From an uncultured Methanomicrobiales archaeon (GTDB taxonomy: Archaea; Halobacteriota; Methanomicrobia; Methanomicrobiales; Methanospirillaceae), in NCBI GenBank assembly GCA_963758915.1, contig CAVWXH010000009.1:128001-192000 (forward strand): a stretch of DNA of 64,000 bases, in the 5' to 3' direction. The notes below the pieces were generated by a model. The model searched no databases, was not told the DNA's origin, and worked only from the letters and a program-made list of their open reading frames with translations. The position numbers were made by a program, and so were the translations under genes. The first letter of the stretch is position 1. Every line of letters begins with the position of its first letter. Positions 31,408-39,912 of the stretch are shown here, piece by piece.

Positions 31408-32276
31408 GCGACACAGTCGTCATTTCACTTGCACGGTTCGGGCCCGTTGCAGAGCATATCGCATACAAACTGGACGCCGATCTTCTCGGGTATGAACCTG
31501 ATGTTTTTTGCACCGCTTTTGCACAGTACCGGAGGATTGTTGCCGTCATGTCAACCGGGATCGTGGTAAGGAAAGTAGCACCTCTTCTTGTCGATAAGTG
31601 GACAGACCCGGCGGTCGTGGTTGTGAGCCCGGATATGGCCTTTGCTATCCCGGTTGTCGGAGGTCACCATGGGGCAAATGACCTTGCCCGCGAGCTTTCC
31701 GCGCTTGGAATCCAGCCGGTCATAACAACAGCGACCGAGACACAGGGGCTCGAATCTGTTGAAGGAATTGCCACACGTTTCGGGCGCCATATCGCTAACA
31801 GGGATACCACCCGTGCGGTAAATGCAGGGATCCTGGACAACCGGACTCGGGTATATACCGTGCAGGGGCCGGCGGTTGTGCTTGCGAGCCCCGGGGTCTC
31901 GTTCCTGTCGCGCCCGGGAATCTACACGGTCGGTCTCGGGTGCCGGCTTGGTGTGACCTCCGATGAAGTCATTGCAGTAGTACACCAGGCACTCGAAGAT
32001 GCCGGAATCATGCCTGATGAGGTGATGATATATGCCACAACAGAGAAGAAGATCGGAGAAAACGGGCTCATCCAGGCAGTTGAAGCTCTTGGAGGATGCC
32101 TCATATTCCTCGATGATGGGACAATAAAGGCGCAGGTGCCGGAATCACCATCTGCGGCAGGCCGTATCGGTCTGCCCGGGGTCGCTGAACCTGCAGCCCT
32201 TGCGGTCTCGAGGAAACGGGAGCTTGTTATGAAAAAGAGAGTGTCGGGGAGGGTAACAATTGCCATCGCACGATGA
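31404..32276 (+). CDS. cbiG: Cobalt-precorrin-5A hydrolase
   Basis: GIVVR, DKWTDPAVVVV, GGHHGAN, VITTAT, GLGC, GVAEPAAL. Confidence 0.95.
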   Translation: MSDTVVISLARFGPVAEHIAYKLDADLLGYEPDVFCTAFAQYRRIVAVMSTGIVVRKVAPLLVDKWTDPAVVVVSPDMAFAIPVVGGHHGANDLARELSALGIQPVITTATETQGLESVEGIATRFGRHIANRDTTRAVNAGILDNRTRVYTVQGPAVVLASPGVSFLSRPGIYTVGLGCRLGVTSDEVIAVVHQALEDAGIMPDEVMIYATTEKKIGENGLIQAVEALGGCLIFLDDGTIKAQVPESPSAAGRIGLPGVAEPAALAVSRKRELVMKKRVSGRVTIAIAR

Positions 32277-32277
32277 C

Positions 32278-33039
32278 ATGGGGGCTCTGTATATCGTGGG
32301 GACAGGACCGGGATCACCCGGCCAGATGACCGGTGACGCACTGCAGGCGATTGAATCAGCTGAAATTATCATCGGAAATTCATCATATCTCACGGCTCTT
32401 GCACCTTTTCTTATCGGAAAAAAAGTCATACAAAGTTCGATGGGAAAAGAAGTCGAACGGGCGCAACAGGCAGTGGAACTTGCCCGCGATCACGTAGTCG
32501 CAATGGTCAGCGGGGGGGACCCGGGTGTATACGGGATGGCGAGCATTGTCCTCGAAGTGCTTGAAAGGAGTGGTAGTGTTATCGATGTAACGGTCATCCC
32601 GGGGGTGACGGCAGCCAATGCAGCAGCATCGCGGGTCGGGTCCCCGCTTTCGGGCGATTTTTGCGTTATCAGTCTCTCTGATCTCCTGACTCCGCTCCCC
32701 GTCATCGAACAGCGACTGACGGCTGCATTCTCGATGGGCGTTCCCGTCGTCCTTTACAACCCGAAAAGCCGGGGAAGGCCCCATAACCTGTCACGGGCAC
32801 TTGAAATTGCGAAAGGACATCATGCACCAGGTACGCCGGTGGCGGTTGTAAAAAATGCATACCGGGAGGGCGAGGAAGTAATAATTACCACGCTCGGGGA
32901 AGCACCGGATATTGTTGATCTTGTGGATATGCACTCCACCGTTATTATCGGTGGCAGTGAGAGCAGGCTCTGGAGGATGGACGAACATGTCAAAGGAATC
33001 ATCACACCACGGGGATACCATAGAAAATACGTATACTGA
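32278..33039 (+). CDS. cbiH: Cobalt-factor III / precorrin-3B C17-methyltransferase
   Basis: VSGGDPGVYGMA, ISLSDLLTP, LYNPKS, VDM, TPRGY. Confidence 0.95.
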   Translation: MGALYIVGTGPGSPGQMTGDALQAIESAEIIIGNSSYLTALAPFLIGKKVIQSSMGKEVERAQQAVELARDHVVAMVSGGDPGVYGMASIVLEVLERSGSVIDVTVIPGVTAANAAASRVGSPLSGDFCVISLSDLLTPLPVIEQRLTAAFSMGVPVVLYNPKSRGRPHNLSRALEIAKGHHAPGTPVAVVKNAYREGEEVIITTLGEAPDIVDLVDMHSTVIIGGSESRLWRMDEHVKGIITPRGYHRKYVY

Positions 33040-33658
33040 TCTCGGGGCAACAACGAAAGAGGCCTTCGAGATATCTGAAAAGAGCAGAAAACTGGCAAGG
33101 GCTACCATAGGGAATGCCACACCCGAAGACCGCATTAAGCAGCGGTGTTCGGTTGCGGTTGGGGATTTTTCGATGGCTGACCTGATCATGTTCAGGTCTG
33201 ACCCGGTACAGGCGGGCCTCGCTGCACTGGCTGCCGGCGCTCCGGTCATCACCGATATCAGGATGGTACAGGTGGGTATACAGAAAAAAGGGCACCAGAG
33301 CGAGGTGTCCTGTGCACTCGACTTTGATGATGGGGCAAAAGAGCAGGGAATTACGAGGACTTCGAAAGGGTTCCTGAATCTCGGTGACAAGGTCAATGGT
33401 GCAGTAATTGTTATCGGCAATGCCCCGTCTGCACTCCTGACCGTGTGCCGGATGATACGGGAGGGACATATACCTTCGCTCGTCATCGGGACACCGGTCG
33501 GGTTTGTGAACGCCTCTGAATCGAAGGAACTTCTCAGGACCCTCGATATTCCGTCCATTTCCACCGAAGGCCCCCGTGGTGGGACCCCGGTCGCCGTCGC
33601 AGCGATAAACGAGATTATTACCATGTATGCTGAACAACAGGACAGGAAAAAGTCCTGA
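32987..33658 (+). CDS. cbiC: Cobalt-precorrin-8 methylmutase (start uncertain, overlaps cbiH)
   Basis: IGNAPSAL, IGTPVGFVNASESKE, RGGTPVAVAAIN. Confidence 0.93.
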   Translation: MSKESSHHGDTIENTYTDLGATTKEAFEISEKSRKLARATIGNATPEDRIKQRCSVAVGDFSMADLIMFRSDPVQAGLAALAAGAPVITDIRMVQVGIQKKGHQSEVSCALDFDDGAKEQGITRTSKGFLNLGDKVNGAVIVIGNAPSALLTVCRMIREGHIPSLVIGTPVGFVNASESKELLRTLDIPSISTEGPRGGTPVAVAAINEIITMYAEQQDRKKS

Positions 33659-33691
33659 TCCCAACAATCAGGGATACACTTTGGGTATGGT

Positions 33692-34771
33692 ATGGAATTT
33701 TCACCCGGCAAATCAGGACAGGTTGTAAACGACCCGGTCAGCGGATTTGAATACCCCCGCGAGTGGGTAACAGGGTGCAGGAAACCGGAGCTCCTGGGAA
33801 TGGTTGCCAGGGGACTTGCCATCCTTACCTCGGACGGCACTATCCTGATGAGGGGCTACACGACAGGTACCACGGCTGCAGCGGCATGCAAGGCTGCAGT
33901 CCTGTCATTACAATCCCCCGTTACTTCGGTGCCAGTAACGACGCCATGTGGCATCGTTGTGGATGTCCCGGTGAATATCAGCCGGAAAGGGGCTGCACAA
34001 TGCGCAAAATATGCCGGGGATTACCCCGGTGATGTCACCGCCGGTATAATATTCGTGGCTGTTGCAGAACAGGCACCCGCAGGGAAGACACTCCATGCCG
34101 GTAAGGGCATTGGACGATTTTCATACGATACACCACGGTACGCGAAGGGTGAACCGGCTATTGGCAAACCTTCGATGCACTGTATTATGGGTTCAGTTGA
34201 GGAGGCCATTGCCATAACAGGACTAACCGGGATACGGATCGAATTGTCGGCACCGGATGGGGAAAAAATTGCAAAAATGACTCTCAATCCCCGCCTGGGT
34301 ATTACCGGGGGCATTTCGGTGCTTGGGACCACCGGTCTTGTTGAACCATGGGATGATCACCTCGAGGAGGCGGTACTGTCGCGGGTACGAAAGGCATCAC
34401 GGGTGGTACTTACGACAGGCCGCACCGGGCTTCGATACGCACGGTTGCAGTTTCCGGGTCACGAGGCGGTCCTTGTCGGCAGTAAAATCGGGTCAGCCCT
34501 CCAGGCTGCAACGGGGGAAGTGATCCTTTTCGGACTCCCTGGCCTGGTCCTGCGTTTCATTAATCCCGGAATCCTCGAAGGTTCGGGGTGCAGGACGGTA
34601 GAAGAACTCATGATGAAGCAGGAATGGACCCCGAGGGTCAGTGATGCCCTTGACCGGTTCAGGGTAAAATACCCGCTCCTGCGGATCGTGCTTATCAGCC
34701 GCGACGGGAAGGTTACCCATGATACAGCCCTCGATCCTGCAGCACCCCGAAGGGGAGGCCCGGGGTCGTGA
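33692..34771 (+). CDS. cbiD: Cobalt-precorrin-5B C1-methyltransferase
   Basis: RGYTTGTTAAAA, KYAGD..DVT, TLNPRLGITGGISVLGTTG. Confidence 0.95.
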   Translation: MEFSPGKSGQVVNDPVSGFEYPREWVTGCRKPELLGMVARGLAILTSDGTILMRGYTTGTTAAAACKAAVLSLQSPVTSVPVTTPCGIVVDVPVNISRKGAAQCAKYAGDYPGDVTAGIIFVAVAEQAPAGKTLHAGKGIGRFSYDTPRYAKGEPAIGKPSMHCIMGSVEEAIAITGLTGIRIELSAPDGEKIAKMTLNPRLGITGGISVLGTTGLVEPWDDHLEEAVLSRVRKASRVVLTTGRTGLRYARLQFPGHEAVLVGSKIGSALQAATGEVILFGLPGLVLRFINPGILEGSGCRTVEELMMKQEWTPRVSDALDRFRVKYPLLRIVLISRDGKVTHDTALDPAAPRRGGPGS

Positions 34772-34877
34772 AAAATTCCGGACGGGACACAGCTATGTTT
34801 TCCCCTGTACAGCTCAGTTACGTTGTTCATGCAACAGCCCAAAGTACTGGTATATTTACTACAGGGAGAGTCGGGTC

Positions 34878-35459
34878 ATGAAAATCGTCGGGGTCGGATG
34901 CGGTCCTGGAATGCTTACCGAAATGGCAATCGGGGTAATTTCAGGAGCTGACCTGATTTACGGATCGAAACGGGCCATTGAAACAGTCAGGCCTTTTATC
35001 GGGGAGGGGTGCACGGTCCAGGAGATCAGGGATTACCGGGGACTTGGGACACTCCCGGCCAATGCAGTCGTCCTTTCAACCGGTGACCCGATGCTTGCCG
35101 GACTTGGGTACCTGCCGGGGGAAGTCATTCCGGGGATCTCGTCACTCCAGCTGGCTGCTGCACGGCTCCACCTCTCTCTTACACAGGTATCTGTTGTCGT
35201 GGCGCATGGTCGTGACCACACTCACGCGATCGAAAAAACATTCCTTGAACTTTCCCGGGGAAAGGTTGTTTTTCTTGTCCCCGATCCAAAATTCAGTATT
35301 CCTGACCTGGCAAAAGCCCTTGTCCCCGGTTACCGTGAGATCACCATGGTTGTCCTTGAAAACCTCGGATATCCTGAGGAATGTATTCTCATGGGGACAC
35401 CTGATAACCCGCCACGGACGACATCAGAATTGTTTTCGCTTATAATCGGCGACCTCTGA
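34878..35459 (+). CDS. cbiE: Cobalt-precorrin-7 C5-methyltransferase
   Basis: IVGVGCGPG, LSTGDPM..G, PGISS.Q, ENLGYPEE. Confidence 0.92.
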   Translation: MKIVGVGCGPGMLTEMAIGVISGADLIYGSKRAIETVRPFIGEGCTVQEIRDYRGLGTLPANAVVLSTGDPMLAGLGYLPGEVIPGISSLQLAAARLHLSLTQVSVVVAHGRDHTHAIEKTFLELSRGKVVFLVPDPKFSIPDLAKALVPGYREITMVVLENLGYPEECILMGTPDNPPRTTSELFSLIIGDL

Positions 35460-35661
35460 CCCCTTTTAGATATTATTATTCCTGGTGCCGGCTCTGCTGA
35501 TGTGGTAAATGGCCGGATTTCCGGTAACAATATCCTGAGGTGACCTGATGTGCAATCAAAGCCTGCGGGTAACTGGTATCCCGGGAATACATTCCTCATT
35601 TCGGGGCGAAACACATATAGGAGGCAGGGTACATATCTAATATTCAATCCGGAGGTAATGA

Positions 35662-35841
35662 ATGGATAAAAAGGTAAAAAGTGATATCAGCCTCATTTGT
35701 TTTATCGCGGGATTTATTCTCGTCCTTTTACAGGACTTAAAGGGCCTTTCCACGATCCAGCTTGGTTTTGCGTGGCCATGGGCGATTATGTTCTATTCCG
35801 GGCTCCTGCTGATCCTGATCGGGTATTATATGCGGGGATAA
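35662..35841 (+). CDS. Small two-TM membrane protein (59 aa, below ORF-track cutoff)
   Basis: GGAGGT upstream; MDKKVKSDISLICFIAGFILVLLQDLKGLSTIQLGFAWPWAIMFYSGLLLILIGYYMRG*. Confidence 0.65.
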   Translation: MDKKVKSDISLICFIAGFILVLLQDLKGLSTIQLGFAWPWAIMFYSGLLLILIGYYMRG

Positions 35842-36045
35842 GAGAGGATTTTTTTCCGGGATTTCCCTTTTACAATAATTGTGAGGGCTCAACCGTTTTT
35901 AAAAACAGCGGTATGATAACGTCCGGAGCTGGGCCAGACTCATGACGGGGACAGGTGGGCAGGAACGGGGACAGGAGCCCGATATCCCCCTCAGCCGGGT
36001 CCATTTTACGAACCTGAAAAAAATACTCTACCCGGTGGTGATGTA

Positions 36046-36432
36046 GTGACAGGAAGCGGTGAAAATTACTTTGTTGTCCACGAACACCACGCAAGGAACC
36101 TTCATTTTGACGTGCGGCTCCAGCGTGACGGCGTGCTGAAGAGCTGGGCGGTTCCAAAAGGCGTACCTCTTGTTCCCGGTGAAAAACACCTGGCCGTCCT
36201 TGTGGAGGACCACCCGCTGGATTACGGCCATTTCGAAGGGATTATCCCGGATGGCGAATATGGTGCCGGAACGGTCTCGATCTGGGATAACGGGCACTAT
36301 GAAACAAAACACTGGGATCACGACAAGATAGAGATCACCTTCCATGGAAAGAGACTGGAGGGGCCGTATGCCCTGGTCAGGTTTAAATCGGCAGGGAAAA
36401 ACAACTGGCTTCTTTTCAGGGCGGGCAGTTGA
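36046..36432 (+). CDS. Stand-alone LigD 3'-phosphoesterase (PE) domain protein
   Basis: FVVHEHHARNLHFDVRL, LKSWAVPKG, VEDHPLDY..FEG.IP.GEYGAG.V.IWD. Confidence 0.93.
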   Translation: MTGSGENYFVVHEHHARNLHFDVRLQRDGVLKSWAVPKGVPLVPGEKHLAVLVEDHPLDYGHFEGIIPDGEYGAGTVSIWDNGHYETKHWDHDKIEITFHGKRLEGPYALVRFKSAGKNNWLLFRAGS

Positions 36433-36625
36433 AAAACAATACCTGATTAATCTGAATTGGTCTCTGTTGATATTCTCATTGGAAAAAAGTACATGTATGC
36501 TGATAAGATAGAGGGTTTTCACCCGGAACAGGTCTCAATCCCGTATCATCACATAATGTGTTGGAAAGTTCTGCGGATTTCTCCGGACACCTGAAACTTC
36601 CGGGTATCGTTCATTGAGGGTACTA

Positions 36626-36976
36626 TTACCTACCCATTGCAAGATCGAGAGCAGTCCTCGCACAGGCTTCGGCTTCATGTTGCTGGCCCAGTTTCAGGTG
36701 ACTGATGCTCTTGTTATACCAGATTTCGGAATTGCCCGGGTCTATCTGGATTGCCTGATCATAGCAGGCGATTGCCTGGGTGTATTGTTCCATATCATCC
36801 AGGCATTTGGCCTTGTTCTCCCATGCGGTAACCAGGTTCGGATAGATGCTAATCGCCTTGTCGAAGAACATGAGGGAGTTTGAGTAGTCTCCCTGGTGCA
36901 TATGCTCAGCTCCTTTGCGGCACCAGAATTCGGCATCCTTCCGGACAGTCATCATGTGTGGATCATTGGAATACAT
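36626..36976 (-). CDS. Small TPR protein (3 repeats)
   Basis: TPR pattern (W..KG/KA...A..C.D.AI.IDP); ends ALDLAMGR. Confidence 0.9.
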   Translation of the reverse strand: MYSNDPHMMTVRKDAEFWCRKGAEHMHQGDYSNSLMFFDKAISIYPNLVTAWENKAKCLDDMEQYTQAIACYDQAIQIDPGNSEIWYNKSISHLKLGQQHEAEACARTALDLAMGR

Positions 36977-37002
36977 TTTATCTGCCTCCCGTTTTGTTCT
37001 CC

Positions 37003-37362
37003 TTATCTCCCCATTGCAAGGTCTATTGCCCTTTCTGTGCAGTGTAACGATTCACCAGGATTTCCAAGTTTTTGCAGTGTCACACCCTTGTTGAACCAGC
37101 TTTCCGCGTCATACGGATCAATTTCAATGGCCTTGTTATAACACGCTATTGCATCGCCTGATTTCCCAAGCCGGTCAAGGCAGTCACCCTTGTTGTGATA
37201 GGCCATGGCACATGCGGGGGACGATTCAATGACCTTGTCATACAGCTCGACAGCCAGGTCGAAATTTCCGCTGTTCATATGTTCATTTGCCTGTGCATAC
37301 CAGGGACCGGCCTCGACCGGGATCCCTGCCTGAATAACCTGCATAGTTAGTCCGGTTATCAT
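37003..37362 (-). CDS. Small TPR protein (3 repeats), paralog of 36626-36976
   Basis: AYHNKGDCL, SWFNKGVTL; ends AIDLAMGR; AGGAGG upstream. Confidence 0.9.
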   Translation of the reverse strand: MITGLTMQVIQAGIPVEAGPWYAQANEHMNSGNFDLAVELYDKVIESSPACAMAYHNKGDCLDRLGKSGDAIACYNKAIEIDPYDAESWFNKGVTLQKLGNPGESLHCTERAIDLAMGR

Positions 37363-37541
37363 TTCTTTCTCCTCCTGGCCCTATTTTCCGGGCACAATCA
37401 TGAATAACCGGGGTGTTATTATGAATTTTTGCCACTCACCTTTGCACGGCAGAGGGTGTCAGGATGCTTTTTTTCCTGTTTCTTACCGATGCATCGGCCC
37501 TCATAAACCTGTTAATTTTTTAAAAAATCATAGGAGCCGGT

Positions 37542-38225
37542 TCAGAGCACGTTCAGCGTGACAGGCTGTTCTCTCGTCTGGCCTGCCCCGGTCGCAGTAA
37601 GGACCCCGTTTATTGTGATCCCGGACGGGATGTTCGTCGGGATAGTAAACTGGTACACAGAGGTCTTCGGGAACGGGGGTTGTTCATCGCCGAGTTCGTA
37701 CGTCTGGGAAAAAAAGAGGGCACCTGCCGTTAACGTAAAATGTACCGGTTCAGTCTGACCCTCCCCGCCACCTATACGGAGCGTGTACGAAATCGTCTCA
37801 CCAGGTTTTCCGCTGGCCGATGCCGGGCTTACCGAGAGCGTGAACGGCTGTGGGGCAATAGTGCCGGACGAATCGCCATAGGAAGGTGTGACCGGGATAC
37901 CGGTTACAGCTGGCTGGCCGGAAACAGCGGGGAAAGAAGTCGGATTTTGCGTAAATACTGATGTAAGGGGAGGGGTAGTCGCAGGGACCGGTGGGGAAGT
38001 CGATGACAGGGCTGCTGCAGTTGTGCTTTTAGTCGTCACATAATCCCGGGGTCCGGTTGTTACCGGGTTTGCCAGTGTCACTGCTTCCTGGGTATTGGAT
38101 TTTCCCACTCCGGGGTTGGAGAGAAAGAATATACCTGCGTATACAATAAGCCCAACGAGGAGAATACCTGCGAATAACAGCACGATAAGAATTATTTTAT
38201 TATCTGGATTGACCGGTGGTTCCAT
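37542..38225 (-). CDS. Membrane-anchored T/P/S-rich protein with C-terminal Ig-like domain
   Basis: N-terminal TM, low-complexity stalk, FTLSVSPASASGKPGETISYTL beta domain. Confidence 0.7.
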   Translation of the reverse strand: MEPPVNPDNKIILIVLLFAGILLVGLIVYAGIFFLSNPGVGKSNTQEAVTLANPVTTGPRDYVTTKSTTAAALSSTSPPVPATTPPLTSVFTQNPTSFPAVSGQPAVTGIPVTPSYGDSSGTIAPQPFTLSVSPASASGKPGETISYTLRIGGGEGQTEPVHFTLTAGALFFSQTYELGDEQPPFPKTSVYQFTIPTNIPSGITINGVLTATGAGQTREQPVTLNVL

Positions 38226-38338
38226 ACAATCGTTTCCCGATGATGTTCAGGTACTAAGAAGCTGGAACAATAAAAAAAGCAGTCGCCGGGTATCAGGTTC
38301 CAACAGGTCAACCTTTGCCTGGCCCAGTTTCCGCTACC

Positions 38339-39187
38339 CTATGTATGAAACCTGACAGTATTATCTTCAATAGTAACAAATCCCTCCCGGACGAGTGCCA
38401 GAACGATCTCCCCTGTCCGCCCGGGTTGTTCGCCGGTTCGGGTAACAAGGTCATTTATTTTCATTGTGCCTTCCTGTAACAGCAGTTCAAGGACCCGGCC
38501 TCGTAACTGCCGGTCAGATCCTTCAAATGCCGGCTGCCGGTGGTAATGGGTGCTCCTGCGGTTAGGATTAGGGATACGCCGTCCAAGTACTGCGCCGTAG
38601 TCCATCAATGCATAATACCACTCACGCGGGTGCTCACGGTCAAGGGCCCTTGCAACCAGGGGCCGGATTTCCCGGTCTGAAACAGGCGCCTGGTCACTAA
38701 AAAAGCAGTGAATAAACACCCTCCTGATATTTGTCTCGATAAAAACCGCGGGATGATTGAACGCAAAAGCTGCGATTGAACCGGCAGTTGCCTTTCCAAT
38801 ACCGGGAAACCCGGAAAGAACGGCCTCATCATCAGGGATAACACCTGAAAAACCGGAGACTACAAGCCCGGCTATTGTGCGGAGTGCAATTGCTCTCCGG
38901 TTATATCCCATCCCTTTCCAGACCACGAGGACTTCAGCAAGTGTTGCCTCTGCAAGCGAGAATACATCAGGAAATACTGAAATAAACTGGGGATATTTCA
39001 CCGTCACCCGCGGCACCTGTGTCTGCTGGAGCATGATCTCAGATACAAGAATATGGTACGGGTCAGTTGTCTTTCGCCACAGGAGATCATGACGCCCGTT
39101 TCTATGGTAGAAATCCAGGACATTTTCCTGAAAGCGGCAAATATCACGTTCCTTCGGCTGATTTTTTTCCTTTTCAGTACCTTGCAT
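38339..39187 (-). CDS. mutY: MutY-like HhH-GPD adenine glycosylase (no FeS motif, C-terminal wHTH)
   Basis: LVSEIMLQQTQV, W.GMGYNRRA, FPGIGKATA, ETNIRRV, ALMDYG. Confidence 0.85.
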   Translation of the reverse strand: MQGTEKEKNQPKERDICRFQENVLDFYHRNGRHDLLWRKTTDPYHILVSEIMLQQTQVPRVTVKYPQFISVFPDVFSLAEATLAEVLVVWKGMGYNRRAIALRTIAGLVVSGFSGVIPDDEAVLSGFPGIGKATAGSIAAFAFNHPAVFIETNIRRVFIHCFFSDQAPVSDREIRPLVARALDREHPREWYYALMDYGAVLGRRIPNPNRRSTHYHRQPAFEGSDRQLRGRVLELLLQEGTMKINDLVTRTGEQPGRTGEIVLALVREGFVTIEDNTVRFHT

Positions 39188-39282
39188 ATCTGCTCCTGAC
39201 AGCGCATTGTTGCAGGTGGGCCACAACCGTTCTTTTTTGGTCCCCAAAAAAAAGATGGGGGACGGGTAATCAAACCGGTGAA

Positions 39283-39762
39283 TTATGCCCGGGTGTTGCT
39301 GTCCGGTTGCCAGTTGCTGAGGATTGCCATGCTGTTGTAATCCATGTGCCCACTTCGCACGGAAAACATACGCTCAATATACACATGGTCAACCAGGCCG
39401 GGGTTCGAACCTTGCAGCCTGTACCACGTCCCTTCCGAATTAACAATACCACTAATTTCGTACCTTCCTTCGCATGAATCACGGATAACCATTACAGCAA
39501 TATCAGGGTCATACAGGGGGGAGTCCTCTGCTGGCTGGATGATATCCCCGGCAAAATAAATACCCGGGATCCCGTCATCAGCCTGCACCTGCCCGGGTAA
39601 CGGGTAATTGAATAGCGGAGGCAGGTCTTTTTCACCGAAACCGGGAGTACCGTCAGGGAATGGATCACTATGGACAATCGCAGATCCCATGCAACCCGCG
39701 GTGTACACCGTTATTAAAACCAGGACCGCAAGAATCGTAACTCCGGATATTTTTTTATTCAT
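39283..39762 (-). CDS. Putative lipoprotein
   Basis: GGAGGTG upstream; MNKKISG..hydrophobic..TAGC lipobox-like signal. Confidence 0.65.
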   Translation of the reverse strand: MNKKISGVTILAVLVLITVYTAGCMGSAIVHSDPFPDGTPGFGEKDLPPLFNYPLPGQVQADDGIPGIYFAGDIIQPAEDSPLYDPDIAVMVIRDSCEGRYEISGIVNSEGTWYRLQGSNPGLVDHVYIERMFSVRSGHMDYNSMAILSNWQPDSNTRA

Positions 39763-39912
39763 GTTTCCCACCTCCTTTTTCCGTGGTTTGTAGCGGTAGT
39801 AATATGACAGGGAATTAATTGAAAATATCGATCAGGCCAGAAATTAACTTTTGAAGTTAAAAGATTTAAGATCGCCTGCAGGGATTGTCCTGGTTAAATC
39901 CGGGTCCCCGGA

